A stretch of DNA of 64,000 nt, from contig OZ218778.1 of the NCBI GenBank assembly GCA_965112635.1, forward strand, positions 512,001 to 576,000, written 5' to 3'. Shown here in pieces: positions 17,948 to 27,230 of the stretch. A program made the translations under genes and the position numbers. Source of the stretch: an uncultured bacterium. GTDB lineage: Bacteria; Oederibacteriota; Oederibacteriia; Oederibacteriales; Oederibacteriaceae. Numbering within the stretch: the first letter of the stretch is position 1; each line of letters starts with the position of its first letter. The notes beneath the pieces are model-generated. The model did no database searches. It was given only the letters and a program-made list of their open reading frames with translations, and had not been told where the DNA came from.

Positions 17948-18772
17948 CTATATTTTACGTAACAATCTTTGCAGATATTGAATGGTCGCCTTGATGTCTT
18001 TTTGCTGCTGCTTTCCGGAGATCTCCCGCTCGATGATGAACTCGCCCTTAAAGCCTACCTGCTTGAGTTTCTTGATGAACTCGGGATACCGCACCCTGCC
18101 GGTGCCCACCTTCACCTCGTGGCCCAGCTTCATGGGATCAGTCGGATACATCCCGTCCTTGGCGTGGATATTGCGCACATACTTTCCGAAAACATCCAGG
18201 CTGTCGATGGGGTTGGCCTTGCCGTATAAGATCAGATTGGCCGGGTCCAGGTTGAGCCCCAGGTTGCCTGTCCCTGCCGCCTGAATGAGCCTGAGCATGG
18301 TCACCGGCGTCTCCTGGCCTGTCTCGAACCAGAACTGCAGCCCCCGCCTTTTATAATAAAGGGCCACTTCCCGCACGGCCTTGACCAGCCGGCTGAACAA
18401 GGGGTCTATGCAGTTTTCCGGTATGAACCCTAAATGCGTGATGACCGCCGGGACGCCCAGCTGGACCGCGAAATCGCCGGCCCGTTTCATGCTTTGGACC
18501 CGCATCGCCCTGTAACGGGATGGCACGAGCCCCAGCGTCACGGGCCCCTTGATCAGGTCCCAGACTCTGGGTCCTAGCCAGCCCGCCCAAAAAGCCGTGG
18601 TGTGGACGCCCGCCTGTTTGGTTTTCAGCCTGTAAACCCGGGCCAATTTCTCGCTCCAGAGCGAGGGGTCCCAGCTGACCAGCTGGCAGGTTGTCAATCC
18701 AAATTTTTTAAGGTTATCAACGCCTTCCAGGTTTTCCGTCAGCTGGACAATAGCGCCTATCTCATTTTTCAT
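17948..18772 (-). CDS. Sugar phosphate isomerase/epimerase (xylose isomerase-like TIM barrel)
   Basis: THLGFIPE, FETGQE, NLDPANL, IHAKDG and IERE. Confidence 0.9.
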   Translation of the reverse strand: MKNEIGAIVQLTENLEGVDNLKKFGLTTCQLVSWDPSLWSEKLARVYRLKTKQAGVHTTAFWAGWLGPRVWDLIKGPVTLGLVPSRYRAMRVQSMKRAGDFAVQLGVPAVITHLGFIPENCIDPLFSRLVKAVREVALYYKRRGLQFWFETGQETPVTMLRLIQAAGTGNLGLNLDPANLILYGKANPIDSLDVFGKYVRNIHAKDGMYPTDPMKLGHEVKVGTGRVRYPEFIKKLKQVGFKGEFIIEREISGKQQQKDIKATIQYLQRLLRKI

Positions 18773-18863
18773 CCTGAAATCAGGGCCTTTCCAAAGGGTT
18801 CACACAGATTTTCAGTATCATACGCCTTTTTTCCTGTTTGTAAAATGCGGCCGGCCCAAAATC

Positions 18864-19364
18864 CTACAGGTTGAGAATCCATAAAAAGTAGTTCAGCACG
18901 CCTGCAAAGCTGACCCAGACCAGGTAGGGAATCATCAAATAGCCGGCCAGGGATGAAATACGGCCGGCAAGTAAGGTTGACCAAAGGATCAAGGCCCACA
19001 AAAAAACGATATCCGCAAAAGCCAGCCCTGGTAAATGCCAGCCGAAAAAGATCAAAGACCACAAAAAGTTAAGGCACAGTTGCAGACCAAAGACCGCTAA
19101 AAATGTTTTATGTCTAGCCGGTCCTTTTCTCCATACAAGGAACAACGAAACGCCCATGAGCAGATACAGCAGAGTCCACATAGGCCCAAAAATCCAGTTG
19201 GGAGGGTTAAAGGAAGGTTTGTTCAGAACGGCATACCAGGTGGAAATAGCAGGATAAGTCACCAATCCGCCCAATCCTCCGACGGCTTGGCACAGCACAA
19301 TGCTGACGGCCGCCTTGACCACGTCCGAGTAGGGGCTTGTTTTTTTCTGTTTGATGGTTTTCAT
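18864..19364 (-). CDS. tspO: Tryptophan-rich sensory protein TspO/MBR
   Basis: WYAVLNKPSFNPPNWIFGPMWTLLY, LNFLWSLIFFG and PYLVWVSFA. Confidence 0.95.
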   Translation of the reverse strand: MKTIKQKKTSPYSDVVKAAVSIVLCQAVGGLGGLVTYPAISTWYAVLNKPSFNPPNWIFGPMWTLLYLLMGVSLFLVWRKGPARHKTFLAVFGLQLCLNFLWSLIFFGWHLPGLAFADIVFLWALILWSTLLAGRISSLAGYLMIPYLVWVSFAGVLNYFLWILNL

Positions 19365-19373
19365 GCCAACCGT

Positions 19374-20399
19374 TCAGTAAAGCAGTGTGGGAAACATGGG
19401 CGCTCTTTGCTGGAACCGGAGCAAAAGCCTGAAAGAATAGACCCGGAAAAAATAGGATGCCGGCAAACAGGCCAGGGCGACCAGGTACAGGAAACCCAGC
19501 CCGCAGACCGGCGCCAGGCAAACCAGCAGAACGGCTTTGACAGCCGCGGACAGGGCGAGCACTTCGGCCAGGCCGGCCAGGACAAGGACGATGAACCCTC
19601 CCCCCACGACCCCGGACACCAGGATGGGGATGAACAGAAGGAAAGAAACAACAGCCCCGGCAATGGCCAGGATAAATCTCGTGCAGCCGTAACCGGCCAG
19701 CTGCCCAATATTTTTTAGGGCCATCCAGAAAAATTCCTCCCAGGCCTGGATCAGGCCGATCCGGCGCTGGCACATGAGAGGCAGGACAAAATCAACGGCC
19801 AGCCATTTCAGCAGCCCGAAGATGGCGCCGTAGAACAGCAGTACCGTAAAGGCATGGTTGAAGAACGCCTTGTCCGGGAAATTACCGTCCCTGAAAGCCC
19901 ACAGAAAAGGCACCAAGAGATAATGCAGGACTAAACCCAGCAGGAGGACTTGCAGGGAACCGAGGAAGACAAATAGGGACCAGCCGCTGCGGAATTGCTG
20001 GGCCAGGCTGGGGCCGAGCCTGAAATCACCTTCCAGGATGGCTTCAAAAAAGGAGAATTTAAAGACCGTGCCAAGAAATACTAGAACCAGCCATAGGAAG
20101 AAAATGGCCAGAACCAGAACCACGATCCAGACCGGGTGATAGGTCAGCCCCTGCTCGGCCAGGTCGGAAAAAGAAGGGCCCATTTGGGCCAGGAAAGAGT
20201 CAGCATCCATGAATTGGAGGCCGTTGAAGAGCCTCCTGAGCAGGGGCACGGAAATGCCGAGCGCCCCTCCGCCCATGACCAGGACGATAAATCCCAGGAC
20301 GGACCAAACTTTCGGCTCAAAGGGTTTGAACAACTTTGTCCAAGACTGCCGTAAGGCAGGCTTGATCTCCTCAAATGCGAACATGGGGCCGGTTTTCAC
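19374..20399 (-). CDS. Polytopic membrane protein of unknown function
   Basis: Multiple hydrophobic helices; GTG start; fits between ppiC-like and tspO. Confidence 0.7.
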   Translation of the reverse strand: MKTGPMFAFEEIKPALRQSWTKLFKPFEPKVWSVLGFIVLVMGGGALGISVPLLRRLFNGLQFMDADSFLAQMGPSFSDLAEQGLTYHPVWIVVLVLAIFFLWLVLVFLGTVFKFSFFEAILEGDFRLGPSLAQQFRSGWSLFVFLGSLQVLLLGLVLHYLLVPFLWAFRDGNFPDKAFFNHAFTVLLFYGAIFGLLKWLAVDFVLPLMCQRRIGLIQAWEEFFWMALKNIGQLAGYGCTRFILAIAGAVVSFLLFIPILVSGVVGGGFIVLVLAGLAEVLALSAAVKAVLLVCLAPVCGLGFLYLVALACLPASYFFRVYSFRLLLRFQQRAPMFPTLLY

Positions 20400-20488
20400 C
20401 TCACCACACGGGGGTTTACTGGATCCAAGGACGGCCCCCGGGAAGTTCGGTGCTTACGCCGTTCCCGGGCGCCGCCTTGAAGGTAAAA

Positions 20489-21352
20489 CTATTCTTCTTT
20501 TTCGTTCTTTATCTTGACGCCCTTGAGCAGGTCTTTGTGCGTTTCGATGTTGGCTTTGGATTTGAGCTTGTCCACATAGGCGTCCAGGGCTTCCAGCTGC
20601 TTTTGTCTCAAAAGTTCGCGCGAGATCTCGCCTTGGACTTCGTCCAGCTTTTTGGTGCCTTCCGGCCGGATATCGTCGAGCTTGACCACATGCCATCCGA
20701 ACTGGGTCTTGAAAGGCTTGGAGACATCCCCTTTTTTCATTGCAAACACGACCTTTTCGAACTCCGGGACCATGTCGCCCTGGGCAAAGTATCCCAGGTC
20801 TCCGCCTTTATCCTTGTTGCCGTCGTCCTCCGAATATTTTTCGGCCAGCTTGCTGAAATCCCCGCCGTCCTTCAATTCCTGGTAAACCTTATCGGCTTTC
20901 TCCTCGGTCTTGAGAAGGATATGGCGGGCCTTGCGCCTCTCCGTAGTTTTCAAGCGGTCTTTGTGGGCATCGTAGTAATCCTGGATATCGCTCTTGCTCA
21001 CCTTGACCTTGCCGCTGATCTCTTTTTCCAGCAGCAGTTTGACCAGCACTTCGCGGTAGGCCTCGTCCATCTGGTATCTGGCCTCGGGCTTTTTGTCCAA
21101 TCCCTGGGACATGGCCTCTTCCGCCAGTACTTCCGCCTTGACCCATCCGTCCACCATCTGTTCCTTTTGCTCGTCCGTGAGCGAGAAACCCGCGGGTTGG
21201 CCGTTGACCACATCCTTGGCCAGGATGACGAACTGCTCCTTGGTCAGGGCCTTGCCGTTGACCTGGGCGATAACGTCATCGCCCCAGCTCAGGCTGGGCA
21301 GGCTCACCCCCAGGATCAGGATAATAAATATGACGACCTTAAAAGATCTCAT
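20489..21352 (-). CDS. Secreted PpiC/parvulin-type peptidyl-prolyl isomerase
   Basis: Signal peptide, ARHILL, FSKLAEKYSED, GGDLGYF, MVPEFE and FGWHVVK. Confidence 0.93.
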   Translation of the reverse strand: MRSFKVVIFIILILGVSLPSLSWGDDVIAQVNGKALTKEQFVILAKDVVNGQPAGFSLTDEQKEQMVDGWVKAEVLAEEAMSQGLDKKPEARYQMDEAYREVLVKLLLEKEISGKVKVSKSDIQDYYDAHKDRLKTTERRKARHILLKTEEKADKVYQELKDGGDFSKLAEKYSEDDGNKDKGGDLGYFAQGDMVPEFEKVVFAMKKGDVSKPFKTQFGWHVVKLDDIRPEGTKKLDEVQGEISRELLRQKQLEALDAYVDKLKSKANIETHKDLLKGVKIKNEKEE

Positions 21353-21406
21353 TGCTCCTCCTTTGAATTTTTTTCACTGGCCTGGAACTTCTGTTCTTGG
21401 GCAGAT

Positions 21407-21910
21407 TTAAAACTTGATAAGGATGACCTTGCCTTTTATCTGATTCCGGTTGATCGGCCCCCATACCCTGCTGTCCTTGCTGAAATCCCGGTTGTCGCCC
21501 ATCACAAAATAGGCGTCCTGGGCCAAAGTCAAGGGTTCCATATTATCACGGCTGTCCGCATATTGGGGGTCTTTGTGGACCGCGTACGGCTCGTCAATCT
21601 TTTGTTGGTTGATATAGACCGTCTTGCCTATTTCCTGCACAGTATCGCCCGGCAGGCCGATGACCCTTTTGAGGACTCCCTCGCCCTCCTGGTTTAAAAG
21701 CACGATATCCCCCCTGCAGGGGTTCGTAAAAACATACCAACATTTAAGGACAAAGACAAATTGTTTTACCGGCAGGGTGGGCTCCATAGAGATGGTGCTG
21801 GCATATACCCCTTCTATAATATAGGCGCGCACGCCCAATGCCAAAACAATCCCTATAAGGACAAGGATCAATAATCTTTTTAACGAAATGCCCTTGTCTT
21901 GCTCGGCCAT
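21407..21910 (-). CDS. lepB: Signal peptidase I
   Basis: N-terminal TM, SMEPTL (catalytic Ser), LKRVIGLPGD (catalytic Lys) and GDNRDFSKDSR. Confidence 0.92.
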   Translation of the reverse strand: MAEQDKGISLKRLLILVLIGIVLALGVRAYIIEGVYASTISMEPTLPVKQFVFVLKCWYVFTNPCRGDIVLLNQEGEGVLKRVIGLPGDTVQEIGKTVYINQQKIDEPYAVHKDPQYADSRDNMEPLTLAQDAYFVMGDNRDFSKDSRVWGPINRNQIKGKVILIKF

Positions 21911-21938
21911 TCGCTCACCTTTCTAGGTTGGCCACCGG

Positions 21939-24900
21939 TCACGCCACGCTGTCGGGGCATATCTCCCGGTAGGCGCAAAAGCGGCAGCTTTGGTAATCCG
22001 GCTTGGAAGCAAAGACCCCGGCGCCAATGCCCCCGGCCGCTTCTTTGACCTCTTCCCAGGCCTTGTCCAGATGCTCCTGCGTTTTAACGGCCCGGCCGGT
22101 GAGACCGGACTCGAGGAACCTGAGCTGGACTTCCTGGGGCAGGAACCCGGTCATCTCCTGGTGCGCCAGGGCGTAGATGGCCAGCTGCAGGCTTTCCTTG
22201 GCCCGGTCATCCGCCTTTTTCTGTTCGGTCACGTTGGACGATTTATAGTCGATGATGACCGCGCTCCCTTTTTCTCCGTCCATCCGGTCGAACCGGCCTT
22301 TGACCATGATGCCCTCGCGCTTGAAGGAGAACTCCTGTTCCACACCGTTCGGGATGATGGTCTGCTTTTCTTCATACTCGTAAAAACGCTTCAGGGTGTC
22401 CAACCCTTCCTGGAACCGCCGTTCTTCCTGGGCCCGGTGCAAAAACCCCTCCAGCCTCCAGGCGCTTTTAAAGACCGCGGCCATCTCCTCCAGGCTCACG
22501 GGCTTGCCCGCTTTTTTACCGCGCAGGTAGGCGCCCACGGCCTGGTGCAGGGCATTGCCAAAGATAACGCTGTGGTGGCTCAGGATGGGTATCTTGAGGA
22601 TATGGATGTACTTGTACTTCAAAGGGCAGGTCAGGTAATCGTCCACCTGGTTGTGGCTGAGGAACAAGAGGTCCTGTCCCGGCCTGCTCTTCAAAAGGGC
22701 GGGCTGGGGCTCTGGCGCCAGGGCGTGCCGTGAAATGGCCTGCTCGCTGGATGATTTGGCTGTGGCCAATTCCTTGGTCTTGGGCATATCCAGCGCTTCC
22801 ATCACGAAAAAGCTCAGCTTCTTCAGTTTTTTGCCGCCGTAATCCCTGGCGCTGGTCAGGTACAGTTCTTTTTTGGCTCGGGTCATGCCTACATAGAACA
22901 GCCTGCGCTCTTCTTTGACGTGGTAATCCGTGGAGGGCAGGCCTACTTCGCGCGTGCTGATAAGTTCGTCCGGCAGTTCAAAGGTCCTGCGCCTGGCCCG
23001 GCTGGGGAATTTTTGGTCCACCAGGCTGACCATGAACACCGCCCCGAACTCCAAACCTTTGGCCTTGTGCACGGTCAAAACCTGCACCGCGTCCGCATCC
23101 AGGTCCACTTCCCCGGCCGAGGGGTCGTCCCCGGCCCTTTTCAAAAGTTCCAAATGTTTGACGAACTCAAACGCCCGGTCGGTCTGGGTGGCCTGGCTGA
23201 AATGTTTGACCAAACTAAAAAACCTGGCGATATGCCCCAGGGTCTCTTCGCTGGCCGCCGAAGGGTGCCTCGCCAGCCTTTTGAGCTGTCCGCTTTCCAG
23301 CAGGAATTGGTATAAAAGCTGCCCGGTGGGCGCTTCTCCGGCCATTTTGAGATAGCGTGCCAGGTCTTCCAGCAGTTTGGCCGTTTTTTCCTCGGCTTCC
23401 GCTGATAATTCCAGGCCTTCCAGCTTTTTGCGGTTTTCCATGACCTCGCGCAGGGAACGGTTGAGCCGGCCCGCCTTGCTGTTCAAAAGCACCAGGTCGT
23501 AGAGCGGGACCTTGTAGTAGTGGGAACTGGCCAGCTGGTAGAGGCTCACCGAATCATACACATCGACCACAGCCCTCAAAAAACAAAGGAGCAGTTTGAC
23601 CTCCGGCTTGTCATACAGCCCGCGGTCCCCGGAGAACCGGTAAGGGATGCTTTTCATATTGAGGCTCCTGAGGAACGGGTCCGCGTCGCTGTTGTGCCGC
23701 ACCAAGATGGCGATGTCGCTGTAACGGAAAATCTTGTCCTTCACTTTTTCAGCTATCGTCTCTGCAACTTTGTCCGCCTCGTGGTCCAGGGAGTCGCAGT
23801 GCAGGTGCTGGGGCGGCTTGCCTAGGCTGGCCAGGGAAACCAGCTTTTTGCTGACCTTTTGTTTGACCTCCAGCCTGTCCGGGTTGTTGTTTTGGATGAG
23901 CCGGTAAGCGCTGTCCAGGATGGCCTGGGACGAACGGTAGTTTTTGACCAGCACGACGGTCTTGGCCTTGGGAAAAACATCGGAGAACTTAAGGATATTG
24001 CTGATGGCCGCCCCGCGGAACTTGTAAATGCTCTGGTCGTCGTCCCCCACCACGGTCAGATTAGCCGGCCCGTTTTCCCTGGTGGCCAGCAGCCGGATGA
24101 GCTCAAACTGCGCATGGTTGGTGTCCTGGAATTCGTCAATGAGGATGTATTTGTATTTCTCCTGGTACTTTTTCAAAAAAGAAGGGTGCTCACGGAACAG
24201 TTTCAGGGGCAGCCACACCTGGTCGCCGAAATCGATCTTGCCTTTTTCTTTCATCAGGCGGTCGTAGTTCCGATAGGCCCTGCTGACCTCCAGGTGTATC
24301 TGGGCTTGTTCCCGGTCGACCACACTGGCTTCCGCTCTTTTTTGCAGGCCTTGGGCATAGGCCAGATAATCCTCGGGTGAAATATCCTCGTCTTTAGCCC
24401 TCAGATACAGTTCGGACAGGCTGGCCGCCAGGTCCTCAGCGTGGAGGGATGGTTTTAAAATATCCAGCTCCAGCTCAAAGATGTGCTCCAAAAAGAAAAG
24501 CGATTGCTCGGCTTCTGTCAAAAGCTGGTAATCCAAAGGCAAACCCAGCTCCAAACAGTGGTCTCGGATTATCTCATCGCCGAACGAGTGGAATGTCCCT
24601 ATCCAGGCGTTGATATAGCCGTAAGGAACGAGCCTATCCACCCGCTCTTCCATTTCCTGGGCAGCCTTTTCCGTAAAGGTGAGGGCCAATATCTCCTCAG
24701 GCCGGGCCTTCTTTTGCTCTATCAGGGAAGCAATGCGGTGGGTGAGAACTCTGGTCTTGCCTGTGCCTGCTCCGGCCAGTATCAGCAGCGGCCCCTCGCC
24801 ATGCAAAACCGCCTGCTTTTGCTCATCATTTAGATTATCCAGCAATCCTTCTGGCTTGATGTAGGAGGAAGGCACCGGCTCAACTTTATGAGCTTTCTTA

Positions 24901-24947
24901 GGTTTGGGCACCACAATTCTTTTCAGTATTTTCTTAGCTTTTGGCAA
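21939..24947 (-). CDS. UvrD/PcrA-type helicase fused to a C-terminal PD-(D/E)XK nuclease
   Basis: AGAGTGKT, DEFQDTN, VGDDDQSIYKFRGA, TVHKAKGLEF, EERRLFYVGMTRA; nuclease GRFDRMD/IIDYKS/QLAIY; Cys in LTCP and CRFCAYREIC. Confidence 0.93.
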   Translation of the reverse strand: MPKAKKILKRIVVPKPKKAHKVEPVPSSYIKPEGLLDNLNDEQKQAVLHGEGPLLILAGAGTGKTRVLTHRIASLIEQKKARPEEILALTFTEKAAQEMEERVDRLVPYGYINAWIGTFHSFGDEIIRDHCLELGLPLDYQLLTEAEQSLFFLEHIFELELDILKPSLHAEDLAASLSELYLRAKDEDISPEDYLAYAQGLQKRAEASVVDREQAQIHLEVSRAYRNYDRLMKEKGKIDFGDQVWLPLKLFREHPSFLKKYQEKYKYILIDEFQDTNHAQFELIRLLATRENGPANLTVVGDDDQSIYKFRGAAISNILKFSDVFPKAKTVVLVKNYRSSQAILDSAYRLIQNNNPDRLEVKQKVSKKLVSLASLGKPPQHLHCDSLDHEADKVAETIAEKVKDKIFRYSDIAILVRHNSDADPFLRSLNMKSIPYRFSGDRGLYDKPEVKLLLCFLRAVVDVYDSVSLYQLASSHYYKVPLYDLVLLNSKAGRLNRSLREVMENRKKLEGLELSAEAEEKTAKLLEDLARYLKMAGEAPTGQLLYQFLLESGQLKRLARHPSAASEETLGHIARFFSLVKHFSQATQTDRAFEFVKHLELLKRAGDDPSAGEVDLDADAVQVLTVHKAKGLEFGAVFMVSLVDQKFPSRARRRTFELPDELISTREVGLPSTDYHVKEERRLFYVGMTRAKKELYLTSARDYGGKKLKKLSFFVMEALDMPKTKELATAKSSSEQAISRHALAPEPQPALLKSRPGQDLLFLSHNQVDDYLTCPLKYKYIHILKIPILSHHSVIFGNALHQAVGAYLRGKKAGKPVSLEEMAAVFKSAWRLEGFLHRAQEERRFQEGLDTLKRFYEYEEKQTIIPNGVEQEFSFKREGIMVKGRFDRMDGEKGSAVIIDYKSSNVTEQKKADDRAKESLQLAIYALAHQEMTGFLPQEVQLRFLESGLTGRAVKTQEHLDKAWEEVKEAAGGIGAGVFASKPDYQSCRFCAYREICPDSVA

Positions 24948-24956
24948 GACTAAACC

Positions 24957-25343
24957 TCAACTCTTTCTTTTATATTTAGAAAATATATTTCCTAAATATC
25001 CACCTGCAAATATCGCTATTAAAATTGGAAGTAACATTTTAAAGAATACTTCATCAAGATTAAAACCGTAGCCAGTTTCAATTATTTGCGACAAGATGAT
25101 AAAACTTAATAATAAAAATCCAGGTAATCCTAAAATAACGACTGCAAAATATTTTGGTCTAGGCAGGAAGAAGCAACCAATTATTCCTGTAATAAAATAC
25201 AATATTGGTGAAATGATGTAGGTAGAAAACCAAAGGCACCAGCAAATCCAATGAAGAGCGATTCCAAAAATGAAAAACAAAAACCCTATTTTCACCAACG
25301 GACTTTTTTTAATTGATGCAATATTTGTTTTATCAAATATCAT
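24957..25343 (-). CDS. Low-GC small membrane protein, hypothetical
   Basis: 128 aa with about four TM segments; visibly more AT-rich than its flanks; GAGGG RBS. Confidence 0.65.
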   Translation of the reverse strand: MIFDKTNIASIKKSPLVKIGFLFFIFGIALHWICWCLWFSTYIISPILYFITGIIGCFFLPRPKYFAVVILGLPGFLLLSFIILSQIIETGYGFNLDEVFFKMLLPILIAIFAGGYLGNIFSKYKRKS

Positions 25344-25462
25344 GCCCTCACTCCGTGACTCTGCTATTAAATATTTCTTTATTCCCTAACATTCACCTCA
25401 AACCGTGTGCCGGTTTCAAAAAAAATCTACCCTTTTGAAAAGGGTGTCGGATCACTTGATGA

Positions 25463-25900
25463 TTATTTTTTCCTGCCATATTTAGGTCTTCGTTCCCTGG
25501 CCATCAAACCTGTTTGCCTCAGACCACGGAATACTTCCGCGAGCTTTTTCTTATCCATCTTGCCTGAGGCCACTTGCATCATGGCCTGCTGCAGCTCTCC
25601 CCGGGGTTCATCCAGGGTAATATTGCCGTTGAGCTTTAGAAACCAAAGAGCCGCGCCCAACCCCGCCCTTTTGTTCCCGTCAATAAAGGGGTGGTTTTGG
25701 CAGATATGAAAAGCATAGGCCGCGGCCATTTCAAAAATATCCTCATGAAGGTATTCGCCGCCAAAGGAACTCTCCGGCATAGCCAGAGCGGACTGCAGCA
25801 AATTTATGTCCCGGAGTCCATGAGAACCACCGTACTTCTCGATCCGGGATCTATGAATATCCATTATTTCCGCAAAAGTAAGGAAAAGTATCTCTTTCAT
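25463..25900 (-). CDS. doc: Death-on-curing (Doc) family toxin
   Basis: GLRDINLLQSAL and HPFIDGNKR (Doc-type Fic motif). Confidence 0.92.
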   Translation of the reverse strand: MKEILFLTFAEIMDIHRSRIEKYGGSHGLRDINLLQSALAMPESSFGGEYLHEDIFEMAAAYAFHICQNHPFIDGNKRAGLGAALWFLKLNGNITLDEPRGELQQAMMQVASGKMDKKKLAEVFRGLRQTGLMARERRPKYGRKK

Positions 25901-25905
25901 AAAAG

Positions 25906-26133
25906 TTATCCGGCCAGCTTCCTAAAAGTCTCGCCATGTTCCCGGTCTATCTCATCCATGGCCCTCTTAAACTTGAGTTGCCTGGCCTCGCTGGCGGCCG
26001 GTGAAATGATGAGATTTTTGCCGTCCGTGGTGACATCCAAAGCCTGGTTGGGCTTAAACTTTAAAAGCTCCAGCAAAGGCTTATCAATAATAAGCGCCAT
26101 GCTGTTGCCATGCGACACCAATTTTTTAACCAT
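25906..26133 (-). CDS. AbrB/MazE-type antitoxin
   Basis: KKLVSHGNSMALIIDK...LIISP; directly upstream of doc; GGAGG before ATG 26133. Confidence 0.9.
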   Translation of the reverse strand: MVKKLVSHGNSMALIIDKPLLELLKFKPNQALDVTTDGKNLIISPAASEARQLKFKRAMDEIDREHGETFRKLAG

Positions 26134-26161
26134 AAAATCCTCCCCCTTAATCATTTATTTC

Positions 26162-26199
26162 TGTATATACAATGGTATCACCGGATAAATTGAAGTCAA
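26162..26199 (-). promoter_or_regulatory. TA promoter with a palindromic operator
   Basis: TTGACT-16 nt-TACCAT with TGn, followed by the perfect palindrome TGTATATACA (26162-26171). Confidence 0.6.
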
Positions 26200-26266
26200 G
26201 AGAAGCAGGAAGTGATGCAAGCTCTGGTTTTGAATATACTGCGATATCCTCAAGCGCAGGGGCTTT

Positions 26267-27178
26267 TTATTTTTCAATCCTGACCATTGTTTTGTTGACC
26301 AGATGGTGCGGGTGGTAGGAGAGCTTGGCTTTGCGCAGGCCCAAATCCCCCATATCCTGCTCGCGGTTGACGAACTGGTAACGCCCCAGCATTTTTTCGC
26401 AGAACATCTGGTTCAAGGCCTGGTAAACACCCTTCAAAGTGGGGTCGGCTTTTTCCACATGGACTACTGCTGTCTCTGGATTGAGCTCCCCGGCAATGGT
26501 ATAGGCCCGCACCTTACCCTCGACCTTCAAAACCGCTCCAAAAATATCCAAGTCGCCCATATGTTCCAGCAGCTGCAGGGTCATATCATTGTCCTCTTTG
26601 AGCAGGGTCTTGGGCACCTCGCCCTTTTTGGCGTTCCAGCAATGCTGGAAAGCCACGCATTCCGGCACCATTTCCTTGGTCAAAGGCAAGAATTCAAAGG
26701 CATTCTGGCTTTGGAACTGCTTGACCAGGTTTTTTTTGCTGTGGTATTTGTTGCCTTTGAGCTCGACCAGGTCACTCCTCAGGTAAACATAGTCCGCGCT
26801 GTCCCTCAGCTCCTCAGTAGCGAGTCCGGGGATGGCCTCCTTAAGAAGTTGAGCCTGTTCCTCATTGAAACCAAAGGCTTTGGGTTCTTTTTTCTCCTGT
26901 TTTTGCCACTCCAGCATATCTTTTACCGTTGCCGTGAATTCCTTATCGCCCACCGGAGGGAAAAAGTAATGGTTATCCTGCGTTTCCACAAATAGTGCCA
27001 GATTGCCCCTGAGCCGGGTGACCCTGACCTGGTAGGAATTCCTCCAGCCGTACATTTCCGTAAAGTTCAGGTCTGAGATGGCCGCTGGATATTTTGCCAG
27101 GCTTTGCTGGATGACCTCTTTATGTTCCAGTCCAAGCGCGACAAACCGGGGAAATTCGGGAAGTTCTTCAAAATTCAT
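26267..27178 (-). CDS. Stand-alone DUF2156 / LPG-synthase C-terminal-like (tRNA-dependent transferase) protein
   Basis: DYVYLRSDLVELKGNKYHSKKNLV, VHVEKAD and NREQDMGDLGLRKAKLSYHP. Confidence 0.9.
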   Translation of the reverse strand: MNFEELPEFPRFVALGLEHKEVIQQSLAKYPAAISDLNFTEMYGWRNSYQVRVTRLRGNLALFVETQDNHYFFPPVGDKEFTATVKDMLEWQKQEKKEPKAFGFNEEQAQLLKEAIPGLATEELRDSADYVYLRSDLVELKGNKYHSKKNLVKQFQSQNAFEFLPLTKEMVPECVAFQHCWNAKKGEVPKTLLKEDNDMTLQLLEHMGDLDIFGAVLKVEGKVRAYTIAGELNPETAVVHVEKADPTLKGVYQALNQMFCEKMLGRYQFVNREQDMGDLGLRKAKLSYHPHHLVNKTMVRIEK

Positions 27179-27230
27179 TTTTAACCTCTTTGACTATGTA
27201 TTCACGGAGGCTATCGGATATGGATCGGGA

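Noticed and set aside
25344-25462. attC-like GTTAG sites next to orphan genes (also near 60002)
   Set aside because: No complementary RYYYAAC/GTTRRRY pair enclosing a palindrome, and no integron integrase.
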